A stretch of 64,000 nt of DNA. Source: a virus (Duplodnaviria; Caudoviricetes). The notes beneath the pieces are model-generated. The model made no database searches and had not been told where the DNA came from. It saw only the letters and a program-made list of their open reading frames with translations. Shown piece by piece: positions 48,547-57,729 of the stretch; position 1 is the stretch's first letter; each line of letters starts with the position of its first letter. The stretch is taken from IMG/VR virus record IMGVR_UViG_3300048881_000780; one strand, given 5' to 3'. Made by a program: the position numbers and the translations under genes.

Positions 48547-49523
48547 TGAAGATTTACGAGAGAATTAATGCTACTCACCTATTCTTTTATGGCGGGATTT
48601 TCTCTCAGTGGTACACGCAGGCACCATTTTATGATCAAGAACTAAATTTAAGATTCAGCTCTGGTGAGCAATACATGATGTATCGAAAGGCCCTCTTATT
48701 TAAAGATAGAGACGCTATGGCCAAAATAATGAGTACAACCTCACCAAAAGAAGTGAAAGATCTAGGAAGAGATGTTTCAGGCTTTAAACAAGATATCTGG
48801 GATGCTCATAAATTAGATATTATTGTAAGAGCTAATTTTCTTAAATTTTCGCAAAACGAAGCCCTCTTAAATAAAATGAGAAAGTATGCTCATTTAAAGT
48901 TAGTGGAGGCCTCTCCTGTCGATACTATATATGGAATAGGACTTAAATCCACTGACTCTAGAGTATTGGATGAAAGTAAGTGGAGAGGAGAGAATCTTCT
49001 CGGTGTGGCCTTAATGAGAGCGAGAGATTTAATTTTAAATCAAAACATTTCTCCTCATATTGTCATGAGAAACGCTAGCATTATTAATGCTAGTGAAAAT
49101 ATTATTGCGCATGGGTGCAATACTCAAGGGGCCAGTGGAGCAGGAATTGCGAAGTATATGGCCTTAAAATTTCCCCTATCAGATCGAGAGTATAAAAAAA
49201 GATGTAGAAATGGCGATTTTATACTTGGAGATATTCTCTTTTATCGGGAAAACTCTAAAATAATAGCCAATTGTGCCACTCAGGAGTACTACGGTCGAAG
49301 ACTTAAGATGGATAAGGATTCTGTAGAAAATAGATATCAGGCCATAAGACAATGCTTAACAAGGATTTATGTCAACGCAAAAAGAGAGCAAATGAGCGTG
49401 GCCATTCCAAAACTTGGGTGTGGTAGAGCACGCCTGGATTGGAGTAGAGTATTAAATATAATAAAAGAAGTATTTCACGATTATCCAATTACGATATATT
49501 ATATAGAAGATAAATATTGTTAG
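48546..49523 (+). CDS. NADAR + macrodomain fusion (ADP-ribose hydrolase)
   Basis: FSQWY, EQYMMYRKA, KFSQN, LVEASP..YGIG, WRGENLLG (NADAR); IAHGCN..GAGIA, IPKLGCG..LDW (macro). Confidence 0.92.
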   Translation: MKIYERINATHLFFYGGIFSQWYTQAPFYDQELNLRFSSGEQYMMYRKALLFKDRDAMAKIMSTTSPKEVKDLGRDVSGFKQDIWDAHKLDIIVRANFLKFSQNEALLNKMRKYAHLKLVEASPVDTIYGIGLKSTDSRVLDESKWRGENLLGVALMRARDLILNQNISPHIVMRNASIINASENIIAHGCNTQGASGAGIAKYMALKFPLSDREYKKRCRNGDFILGDILFYRENSKIIANCATQEYYGRRLKMDKDSVENRYQAIRQCLTRIYVNAKREQMSVAIPKLGCGRARLDWSRVLNIIKEVFHDYPITIYYIEDKYC

Positions 49524-49532
49524 GGATTAAAA

Positions 49533-49769
49533 ATGAATGACGATTTAAATAATATCATCAATGACGTCTGGGAAAAAATTAGTAATAGAAGATATCAGCT
49601 AAAGGGTATCATCGAAAAGTACCAACTAGACTACGTAGACTATAAGAACAATCCTGAGGGATCTCCATATAAGAAACAGTATCTACTAGTTAAAGAGTCT
49701 ATGGAAGAGTTGGCGGAACTTGAGTTATTTTCAAAGAATTTAAAGTCTATTGATCCGTATCAAGAGTAG
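49533..49769 (+). CDS. small hypothetical protein
   Basis: follows operon, 78 aa. Confidence 0.5.
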   Translation: MNDDLNNIINDVWEKISNRRYQLKGIIEKYQLDYVDYKNNPEGSPYKKQYLLVKESMEELAELELFSKNLKSIDPYQE

Positions 49770-49784
49770 AAGTAAAAATCCTAA

Positions 49785-50153
49785 CTATTTAGTCCATTTA
49801 ATATTCAAGATAGTGTCTAATGCTTGAGATAGGGTCTGACTAGAGCGCAACCTTAATTCTTCAGAGGCAATAAATTCGTCACTATTTTCTCGGTATTGCC
49901 CCTTGTAGACTGATTGATTTAATAGCAAGTAGTCAACTCCTGAACACTTAGATCTTTCACTATATACCCCACAAGAAAATACTTCTTTCATTGTTTTTTT
50001 CTTTATATTTTCATAGAGGAAATTTACGATATAAGACTTCTTATATTGATTGTGACGAGATGAAGTCCATTTTATAAACTCTTTAAGTTTCACTTTAGTG
50101 ACTTTATCTACAACTGTTACCTTGAATTCATTGCTTTTTACTAGCTTTGTCAT
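49785..50153 (-). CDS. hypothetical protein
   Basis: 122 aa ORF. Confidence 0.5.
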   Translation of the reverse strand: MTKLVKSNEFKVTVVDKVTKVKLKEFIKWTSSRHNQYKKSYIVNFLYENIKKKTMKEVFSCGVYSERSKCSGVDYLLLNQSVYKGQYRENSDEFIASEELRLRSSQTLSQALDTILNIKWTK

Positions 50154-50157
50154 TTTG

Positions 50158-50298
50158 TTACCAATCTAATTTTGAATCTTGCTCGTCATTATCAAAATCA
50201 GCACTAAGCCAGGTATTATCACCGATTGACTCAAAGAAGGCTTCTTTAAGCTTCTCTTTTTGTTCATTTGTTAGTTTCTCATTACTTTTTTTATTCAT
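50158..50298 (-). CDS. 46-aa small protein with internal NTWLSA motif, not in ORF track
   Basis: MNKKSNEKLTNEQKEKLKEAFFESIGDNTWLSADFDNDEQDSKLDW fills the gap in a minus-strand run. Confidence 0.55.
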   Translation of the reverse strand: MNKKSNEKLTNEQKEKLKEAFFESIGDNTWLSADFDNDEQDSKLDW

Positions 50299-50314
50299 AT
50301 CTTAGCTACCACAG

Positions 50315-50533
50315 TTAACCAAACCATTTACGATAAAGTATTGTGGCATCTCTCGTATCCCTTTCAGTTTCTCCAAACTGAGAGGTGTAATCCGAACCAA
50401 ACATTGAAATTTGATCTCTCAGATAGGACATAAAATCCCTCTTAGATTTACTAGCTGAATCACCACTTATAAAAAGAGCGATCATTTGAATAATGAATTC
50501 TTCATCAATATAGTGATCTACTCTAACTCTCAC
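50315..50533 (-). CDS. small hypothetical protein
   Basis: GTG start overlapping upstream stop. Confidence 0.5.
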   Translation of the reverse strand: MRVRVDHYIDEEFIIQMIALFISGDSASKSKRDFMSYLRDQISMFGSDYTSQFGETERDTRDATILYRKWFG

Positions 50534-50778
50534 TAGGATACCTTTTTAAAGTTGTTGATCATGCGAATACCAAAACTCTCATCATGGGGAGTTTTAAATT
50601 TAACAGCAGTTTTACCGCTCTCCCATGGTAAAATGTCGATAACTTCTAGGTGAGTCTGTTCTTTTACTTCTTTTTGGTAATATCCTTCATCTTTATTATT
50701 TTTTAAAATAACGATATCCCCGATCTCAATAGCATCGGAAGATCCCATCTCTAATGAAGTAACCCATGAGTTTGACAT
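50533..50778 (-). CDS. small SH3-like protein starting MSNSWVTSL
   Basis: GGAG RBS at ATG 50778; IEIGDIVIL. Confidence 0.55.
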   Translation of the reverse strand: MSNSWVTSLEMGSSDAIEIGDIVILKNNKDEGYYQKEVKEQTHLEVIDILPWESGKTAVKFKTPHDESFGIRMINNFKKVS

Positions 50779-50835
50779 ATATTCTCCAGAGATATTAATA
50801 ATAACACTGTTAACGCAACATGTCAATATACATTT

Positions 50836-51264
50836 TCAAGAAGATAACTTTTGGTCTTGAATTTCTCTTTGAGTCCGGTTTAACCACTTGTTAATTATTG
50901 GATCTTTTGACTTGTCCAGTAGGTTCTTAAATAGCTTATAGTAAGTCTTACATTTATTATCGAAGAATATTTTACGACCGGAATTTAGAAAAACTACTGA
51001 GATGAATGGTTGATATGGATAATCTGACTCAAAATTCACTAAAATATCTTCATGAAAAAACATGAGTGTCAGATTAGACTCTAGTAAATTGTTAATTCTC
51101 TTATTAGCGTTTAGCGAATCTAATGGAGGTTTACTATTAGATTTGATATTAAATTCTTTAACAAGTTCTCCACACTTAACTACATCAAGAATTTGCTTTT
51201 CATCTTTATAGGATTTGTACCTTCTTTTTAGATAAGTTATGAATCTATTCACCTTGATATCCAC
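50836..51264 (-). CDS. hypothetical protein
   Basis: overlaps upstream gene end. Confidence 0.5.
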   Translation of the reverse strand: MDIKVNRFITYLKRRYKSYKDEKQILDVVKCGELVKEFNIKSNSKPPLDSLNANKRINNLLESNLTLMFFHEDILVNFESDYPYQPFISVVFLNSGRKIFFDNKCKTYYKLFKNLLDKSKDPIINKWLNRTQREIQDQKLSS

Positions 51265-51805
51265 CTGTCCATTTTTTAATTGATGATATTTTTATTTTTG
51301 AGAACGGAATTTTGTTTTTTAAATTTAATAAGGCCTTTCTTCTTGCGCTGAACTTATCTTTTAAATCATCTTTCTCGAGTTCATGGAGGGATTTATTGGA
51401 GTTACCTGGAATAAACAAATTATCGAACCCAAAACCAATTAACTCTCTATCTGGATCAATTAAACCAGAAGTGCCACCTCTGAAAATATAGATATACTCT
51501 CCATCTGAATATGCAATAGAGGTGATCCAAACAGCAGGAGATTTTTTCTTTAACTCTTTTAATTTAAATTTAATATCTACAACCTCATCCCACTTCTTAC
51601 TTGATCTATCAAAAATCTCTAATACAGTATCTTCAACAAGGTGAAATTCGCGACCAAGTTCAAGTACTTTATGGATAATCACTTCATCTTTATCACCCCT
51701 GACTTCTTTTAAGTCTGGCCCTTTTGATGCCGTAAGATTTGGAAGAATTCTCTTAAATTCTTTAAGTTTATCTTTATTAGATGTAAGTAATGTAAATTTC
51801 TCCAT
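51245..51805 (-). CDS. Ham1/ITPase-family non-canonical purine NTP pyrophosphatase
   Basis: TSNKDKLKEF, VEDT, FGFDNLFIP, SARRKAL. Confidence 0.85.
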   Translation of the reverse strand: MEKFTLLTSNKDKLKEFKRILPNLTASKGPDLKEVRGDKDEVIIHKVLELGREFHLVEDTVLEIFDRSSKKWDEVVDIKFKLKELKKKSPAVWITSIAYSDGEYIYIFRGGTSGLIDPDRELIGFGFDNLFIPGNSNKSLHELEKDDLKDKFSARRKALLNLKNKIPFSKIKISSIKKWTGGYQGE

Positions 51806-51814
51806 ATTTAAACC

Positions 51815-52834
51815 CTACGCCAATGCCTCTAACCAGGTATTAATGGGTTTGCTCTCACTGGCCCCATCAAATCCTTTAATAAACCTAAGAGACTTGGAAT
51901 TAAACGTAATATTACTTTTACACTGGTACAAAAAAGACTTTCTCTTAATATCATCAGAGATCGTAAATCCTGAGAAATTTACCTTTGGGGCCACAAAACC
52001 ATTAAACATATCTGCGATAGTGATTGCGGAATTGGATTTAAATCCACGTAGATCTAAATTTCTTTCAAGCGAACACCTTGAGAACATTTCTATAAAGTTT
52101 TGAGCTTTTTCAGTTTTAAAATTTGATAGATTAAGATTTTTAAAACTAGAATCCTGAAACATTCTCTCCATGGTTTTACAATTTCTAGTATTGAAATTTG
52201 AAAGGTCTAAATAATCTAAGTTAAGTTGAGAAAACATCGCAGTCATACAAAGAACTTTTTCTGTGTTAAATGATTTGATGTTCAGCGATTCGAGACTGTG
52301 CATCTCAGAAAACATATGTCCCATATAGAGAACATTAGCTGTGTTAAATGAACTTAAATCTAACCTTTCTAGAGAATAGAGTTCACTAAAGGTACCTGAC
52401 ATATCGTTTACATTTGAGGTGTCAATATTGAGAGTTAATTCCTTAATATTATGACATCTAATAAACATTTCAGAGATACTACTAACATTACTAGTATTAC
52501 AAGTTCCAGAGTTAAATTTTTTGAGATCGAAACAATTTGCAAAGCTATACCATAGATTTTCCCATTCGCAATCGCCAAGATTTTTTACCTCTATAAGGGT
52601 GGCACCTTCAACATTTGAAGATACCCAACTCTTTAAGTTTCCAGCTATTGAAATGGTATAAATACCAGCTGTCTTATAGGTGTGGGTTGCCTTGACGTTA
52701 CCAGTAATATTTTCTAAGTCAGATCCGTCTCCCCAGTCTATTAGTAAGTTGACATCTATTCCATTATTAGTGGGGAGAGTGATCTTATTGTCGCTACCAA
52801 TAGTTTGCCAGCAACTTACAAATGATTCTTTCAT
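51815..52834 (-). CDS. BspA/DUF285 LRR protein 3
   Basis: start MKESFVSCW after AAGGAAG; IDWGDG; repeats; ends NTWLEALA. Confidence 0.9.
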   Translation of the reverse strand: MKESFVSCWQTIGSDNKITLPTNNGIDVNLLIDWGDGSDLENITGNVKATHTYKTAGIYTISIAGNLKSWVSSNVEGATLIEVKNLGDCEWENLWYSFANCFDLKKFNSGTCNTSNVSSISEMFIRCHNIKELTLNIDTSNVNDMSGTFSELYSLERLDLSSFNTANVLYMGHMFSEMHSLESLNIKSFNTEKVLCMTAMFSQLNLDYLDLSNFNTRNCKTMERMFQDSSFKNLNLSNFKTEKAQNFIEMFSRCSLERNLDLRGFKSNSAITIADMFNGFVAPKVNFSGFTISDDIKRKSFLYQCKSNITFNSKSLRFIKGFDGASESKPINTWLEALA

Positions 52835-52857
52835 TATTAACTTCCTTGTTGTGCTTA

Positions 52858-53967
52858 TCATGAAATAGACTCCAGCCAAGTGTTTTTAGTATCCTCTTGG
52901 TTTTGGTCTGTTGTGAATTGACTTCCTTCCTTGAAGTAATCTATATTTTTCTTATATCTCGTTTTTATTTTTACATTTGCTTTACTCTTATAGTGAACAA
53001 AGTTATGAAAGTTTGCGACAGCGCTAAATCTAAAATTTGATAAATCTATCTCTTTTAAATTATCTGAATAGAAAAATATTGCACCAAAATCTACGACATT
53101 AGATGTTTTAAATGATCCTAGATTTACTTCCTTTAAATTATCACAACATTTAAACATTGCTCTCATATCAGTGACACATTCAGTATTAAAGCTCGATAGA
53201 TCTAGCGACACTAGGCCCCTGCACTTTTCAAACATTCCCTGCATATCAAGGGCGCTATCAGTTCGCATGTGATCTAGATTTAAATTCTGTAAATTATAGC
53301 AATTTTTAAACATTCCTCTGAAACTTAAAACACTACCAGCATCAAATCTCTCTAAATCTAGAGAGAGTAAGTTATTCATGCCAGAGAACATTCGAGACAT
53401 TGTTGTAACATTAAAAACATCTAAGTTCCTTAAGTCGAGATGATTTATTCCGGATTTTCTAAACATAACTTTCATATTTTCAACAAATGAAGTATTCAAA
53501 TTATCAATATTTAAATTATTTAAATTAATAGTTTTGTGAAATAATCCTTCCATATTAATAACAGAGCTCGAGTCAAAGGTGGAGAGATCTATATCTGTAA
53601 GATTCTTACACCCATGAAACATATTTTTCATAGATGTAACATTTGAAGTATTACAGCTGCCACTGTTAAATTTTGTCAATGATTTACAGTTTTCAAAGGA
53701 TCCTGCGAAAGTTATCCAATCGCAATCACCAAGATCAAAAACTTTTACTACTTGTATGGATGGATAATCTAAAATATGCATGGCCTGAATCTTACCATAG
53801 AAGCAAATGGTATACTCTCCATTTTCTTCGTAGGTATGATCTAGCTCATTACTGGAAATGATTCCATCACCCCAATCTATAGCGAACTCTACGTCTGTTC
53901 TATGAAACTTAAGAGGGAGAGTTACACTACCCTTTTTCACACGCCAACTGGCCCTAAATGGTTTCAT
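52858..53967 (-). CDS. BspA/DUF285 LRR protein 4
   Basis: MKPFRASW; IDWGDG; repeats; ends NTWLESIS. Confidence 0.9.
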   Translation of the reverse strand: MKPFRASWRVKKGSVTLPLKFHRTDVEFAIDWGDGIISSNELDHTYEENGEYTICFYGKIQAMHILDYPSIQVVKVFDLGDCDWITFAGSFENCKSLTKFNSGSCNTSNVTSMKNMFHGCKNLTDIDLSTFDSSSVINMEGLFHKTINLNNLNIDNLNTSFVENMKVMFRKSGINHLDLRNLDVFNVTTMSRMFSGMNNLLSLDLERFDAGSVLSFRGMFKNCYNLQNLNLDHMRTDSALDMQGMFEKCRGLVSLDLSSFNTECVTDMRAMFKCCDNLKEVNLGSFKTSNVVDFGAIFFYSDNLKEIDLSNFRFSAVANFHNFVHYKSKANVKIKTRYKKNIDYFKEGSQFTTDQNQEDTKNTWLESIS

Positions 53968-54070
53968 TTTATCTATATTAATAACAAGCCTCTCTAGATT
54001 TGATATTAACATATTTTTTATTTTCTAACAAGTTGCGTTAAAAACAATCAATAATTAGACATAGTTAGAA

Positions 54071-54481
54071 TTAATCTTGATAGGTTTCTGATTTTGTTAG
54101 AACCTCGGTACCAGTGTACTTAAAGTCTGGCAATAGATCCTCAACATCTTCTATCTTTCTAGAAGGAATCCAGAGAGAATTCTCCCCATTTTTTAAGAAG
54201 ATTTCTAAAAACTTATAATCCAGACTATTGAATATTAAACTACCATCCGACATTAAGGAAAATTGATATTCTTTATTTAACTCTTCAATATAGTAATTAA
54301 TATCACTTTCTTTCTTCTTAACTAAGTCTACAACGGATTCACTATCATCAAATTTTGACATTTCTTCTTTATAGTTATCTAGGAATTCTTTCTTTGAGTC
54401 TATGTCTACTTCTATTTTTTGGAAAATATCAACTTCCGTAACCCGCTCTATTACACTAGTTTTATATATAGTCTTCTTCAT
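54071..54481 (-). CDS. hypothetical acidic protein
   Basis: AAGGAG RBS, CGATAAG element. Confidence 0.6.
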   Translation of the reverse strand: MKKTIYKTSVIERVTEVDIFQKIEVDIDSKKEFLDNYKEEMSKFDDSESVVDLVKKKESDINYYIEELNKEYQFSLMSDGSLIFNSLDYKFLEIFLKNGENSLWIPSRKIEDVEDLLPDFKYTGTEVLTKSETYQD

Positions 54482-54512
54482 TGCTACTCCTTTAAGTACT
54501 TATCGTAGAATG

Positions 54513-55454
54513 TCACTCTAGAGATTCTAGCCAGGTATTTCTTATTGATCCTGAGATTGCATTTGGAATATCGTGAAAATACAATTTCCCATTCTTTACT
54601 GGTAATAGTATTTTACAGAGGACATCACAAAATATACCAATATTAGATCCAGAAAAGTCAAAAGAGTATAACTTAAGTTTTTTAAGAGAGCTACACCCTC
54701 TAAACATATAATCCATATCATTTGCATTGCTAGTATCAAAGAAATCTACGTTTAATCTTAAAAGAGAATTGCAATGAGTGAACATATTTCTAAATGATTC
54801 TACACTGTAAGTCTTAAAGTGGTTTAGATCTAGAGACTCTAGACTGTGGCAATCTTTAAACATCTTCTCCATTGATTCAACTTTTGAAGTATTAAAATTT
54901 GATATATCTAAGAAGTTAAGAGCACTAGCTCCTTCAAACATCGACTTCATTGATTTAGTGTTTTTGGTACAAAATGAAGATAAGTCTAGATATTTAAGCC
55001 TTTTACAATTGGAAAAAAGATGCCTCATATTCTTTACATTATATGTATGAGAGTTCGATAAAGAGACTCTCTCTAGAGATTCACACTCATCAAACATAAA
55101 GCTCAAATCTTTTACTGTTTTTGGAATTGCTCCATTATAACTTTCGAGCATTTTACAACCATAGAAGGCATTTGATAAATCCTGCCAATGGCAGTCACCT
55201 AAATGATGAACGGCCAAAAGTTCACACGATGAGACTTTATAAGATCTCCAAAGTCCTAATTTTCCAGATATTGTTAATGTGTAATTGCCATTAATTTCAT
55301 ATATATGAACGGCGTTTGGGTCATCGTAGGAAGTTATATGATCACTTTTCCCATCGCCCCAGTCGACAGTAAAGTCGTAATCAAACCCCTCAAATAGAGG
55401 GAGAGCTAAAACTCTCTTTTGGACTAGCCAGGTACTAACAAAGTTTTTTGACAT
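54513..55454 (-). CDS. BspA/DUF285 LRR protein 5
   Basis: FVSTW, VDWGDG, repeats; ends NTWLESLE. Confidence 0.9.
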   Translation of the reverse strand: MSKNFVSTWLVQKRVLALPLFEGFDYDFTVDWGDGKSDHITSYDDPNAVHIYEINGNYTLTISGKLGLWRSYKVSSCELLAVHHLGDCHWQDLSNAFYGCKMLESYNGAIPKTVKDLSFMFDECESLERVSLSNSHTYNVKNMRHLFSNCKRLKYLDLSSFCTKNTKSMKSMFEGASALNFLDISNFNTSKVESMEKMFKDCHSLESLDLNHFKTYSVESFRNMFTHCNSLLRLNVDFFDTSNANDMDYMFRGCSSLKKLKLYSFDFSGSNIGIFCDVLCKILLPVKNGKLYFHDIPNAISGSIRNTWLESLE

Positions 55455-55568
55455 AGAATAAATCCTCTATGTCTATTATAAAGGAATACTTAGTGAGATT
55501 TCGTTTTTAACTTTTAAGTAAGAGATGCGTCTATTTCGTTATATTAATGATAGTTAGGCATATAAATT

Positions 55569-56513
55569 TTAGCTAATGGCCCTAAGCCAACTATTACAGT
55601 TTTTATTATCCGTGACGATATTAAGATTTGATGATGCAAACATCTCTAGATACTTCCTCGATACCTTCACTAAAGCATTAGAGTTAGTTATTTTCGATTT
55701 TGCTAGGGACTCATCGAACTCGAAGTTTTTAAGATTAATTTTCTTAAGTTTAGGAGTGTCATAGAACGCCTTTGTAATATCTTTAAGTTTGGAGAACTTT
55801 CTGTGTCCAAAGTTGATGGATTCGAGGTTCCTACAGTTAAAAAATGCTCTATTCATATGATTAATTTTATGGGGCCTAAAATTTGATAAATCAAGTTTTC
55901 TTATTCCCGAAGAGCTAAAGACGCACGAAAAGCCAATGAGATTTTCCGTATTAAATTCACTAAGATCGACTTCTCTTAAACTTTTAGTACCGTGAAATGC
56001 TGAAAACATTTGAGTTAAAGAAGATGAATTTATTTTACCAAAATCAACATTTTCTAACTTTTCGCAGCCACGAAACAAGCTAGACATAATTTTAACATTA
56101 GAAAAATCAAAGGTTGATAAATCTGCGGTTTCAAGTTTTTCACATTCTGAAAATAAACCGTTTAAATTCTTTATTTTGATCGTATCACAATTGCCTGCGA
56201 CAAACTTTTTAAGGTTAATACAGTCACTAAATAAAGATCCGACATTATACCAATTTAGATCACCAAATTGAAGAACCTCAATCAACTTAGCTTTATCTCT
56301 TAGCTTTATAAATAGTCCTCTGTGAATTGACCCTGATACTCTTATTGTGTAAATTCCAGGTTCTTTATACTTATGAACAGCTGAGTTCTTGCTATTTTGA
56401 TCAATACTCCCATCACCCCAATCAATTGTAAGCCCTGAGGCATCTTGTAAGAAAAAAAGCGTCTCATTACTATTGGTAATTTGCCATCGACTAATAAAAT
56501 CAAAGTTACTCAT
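55569..56513 (-). CDS. BspA/DUF285 LRR protein 6
   Basis: FISRW, IDWGDG, repeats; ends NSWLRAIS. Confidence 0.9.
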   Translation of the reverse strand: MSNFDFISRWQITNSNETLFFLQDASGLTIDWGDGSIDQNSKNSAVHKYKEPGIYTIRVSGSIHRGLFIKLRDKAKLIEVLQFGDLNWYNVGSLFSDCINLKKFVAGNCDTIKIKNLNGLFSECEKLETADLSTFDFSNVKIMSSLFRGCEKLENVDFGKINSSSLTQMFSAFHGTKSLREVDLSEFNTENLIGFSCVFSSSGIRKLDLSNFRPHKINHMNRAFFNCRNLESINFGHRKFSKLKDITKAFYDTPKLKKINLKNFEFDESLAKSKITNSNALVKVSRKYLEMFASSNLNIVTDNKNCNSWLRAIS

Positions 56514-56649
56514 TTTAAATTCTCTTTCTTCTTATTGGCAATTATGATGTGACCACTACTTGAATAGTGATAGCTTGGAACTGGGAGCTTTTTAAATAAG
56601 CTCATTATTTTAAAATTCCTTAAAAATTTAAAGAGTTTCATAGTTATCC

Positions 56650-56862
56650 TTAGATTTGATAATCAGTAAGAATTTTAAGAGGGAGATAGAACCATCCCAT
56701 AAGAAAAGACCCTATCGTCTTTAAAAACAATTCTAAGAGATTACTGGCCTCATCTAGCTGACTGAACATATAGACACCACTAAATAACATATAAAGAAAT
56801 ACCCATAATTGTTCATGGGTTTCACTTTGACTTACTTTGTATGAATTTAGTTGCTTCTTCAA
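56650..56862 (-). CDS. small membrane protein, tandem paralog B
   Basis: shares LY..YM..L..S.L.E..GW.Y.PL..L with 56877 gene. Confidence 0.6.
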   Translation of the reverse strand: MKKQLNSYKVSQSETHEQLWVFLYMLFSGVYMFSQLDEASNLLELFLKTIGSFLMGWFYLPLKILTDYQI

Positions 56863-56876
56863 ATCTTCATCCTTAA

Positions 56877-57086
56877 TTAAAATATTGCATTATATAACAG
56901 ATTTAGTGGCATATATAACCAACCAGTAAAGTAACAAGATATAAAGAGAGCTAAAGATTCTATTAAGCTCGATTGCGACTCTAAGTTTTGGTACATATAG
57001 TGACATCCAATTATTTTATATAATGTTATGGCAACATCTAGCTTACTCTCTCTAAACTGAAATTCTTTTGATGCGATACTTGTCAT
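56877..57086 (-). CDS. small membrane protein, tandem paralog A
   Basis: GAGG RBS; GWLYMPLNLL. Confidence 0.6.
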   Translation of the reverse strand: MTSIASKEFQFRESKLDVAITLYKIIGCHYMYQNLESQSSLIESLALFISCYFTGWLYMPLNLLYNAIF

Positions 57087-57164
57087 ATTAACCTCTGTAC
57101 TAAGTTCTATCTATATTTTATAATATTTAACATATTATGTCAAAAAATAAACTATGGATACAGT

Positions 57165-57365
57165 ATGGTTTTTGAAATATTAATAATATGGATACTCCTT
57201 GGGTCACTTTCTTGTAATATTGCTTGGATGTTACAAATGAGGGCAGCTAGTTCTGTAGATATGCGCTATAGTCCCTATTTATTGGGCATTATGTTGTTTT
57301 TAGTGTTCGGTCCATTCTCGCTACTGATTAGTAAAATATTTAAAAGGATTAAAAATGCAAAATAG
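57165..57365 (+). CDS. small two-TM protein
   Basis: hydrophobic, ends in GPFSL plus basic tail. Confidence 0.55.
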   Translation: MVFEILIIWILLGSLSCNIAWMLQMRAASSVDMRYSPYLLGIMLFLVFGPFSLLISKIFKRIKNAK

Positions 57366-57729
57366 AGTTTCAAGTATTACAGAAGCTAGAGATATAATTG
57401 ATAAATTTCACGCTCGAAAAATAATGATTCATAATGGGAAAAGGTGGAGTGTTGCCTCAGTGAAAAGAATTATCCCTATGATTAGTAATTACCCAAAAGG
57501 GCCAATAGATGATATTGAAATCCTAATTAATAAAGAAAAGAATCACTACTTTTCAGCACTCTGTTTATTTGGAAAAAGATCATGGGTTAAAGATATTAGG
57601 ATTTGTGATGATTATAATAGAAATTCCCTAAAGATGGTAGCAATTCATCCTACTCCTAAAAATGATGAGATGATCATTAGAGTGGCCAGATTTATTAAAT
57701 TAATTTACTTAAAACAAAAGACGAAATGA
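57355..57729 (+). CDS. hypothetical protein
   Basis: overlapping start/stop in operon. Confidence 0.55.
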   Translation: MQNRVSSITEARDIIDKFHARKIMIHNGKRWSVASVKRIIPMISNYPKGPIDDIEILINKEKNHYFSALCLFGKRSWVKDIRICDDYNRNSLKMVAIHPTPKNDEMIIRVARFIKLIYLKQKTK

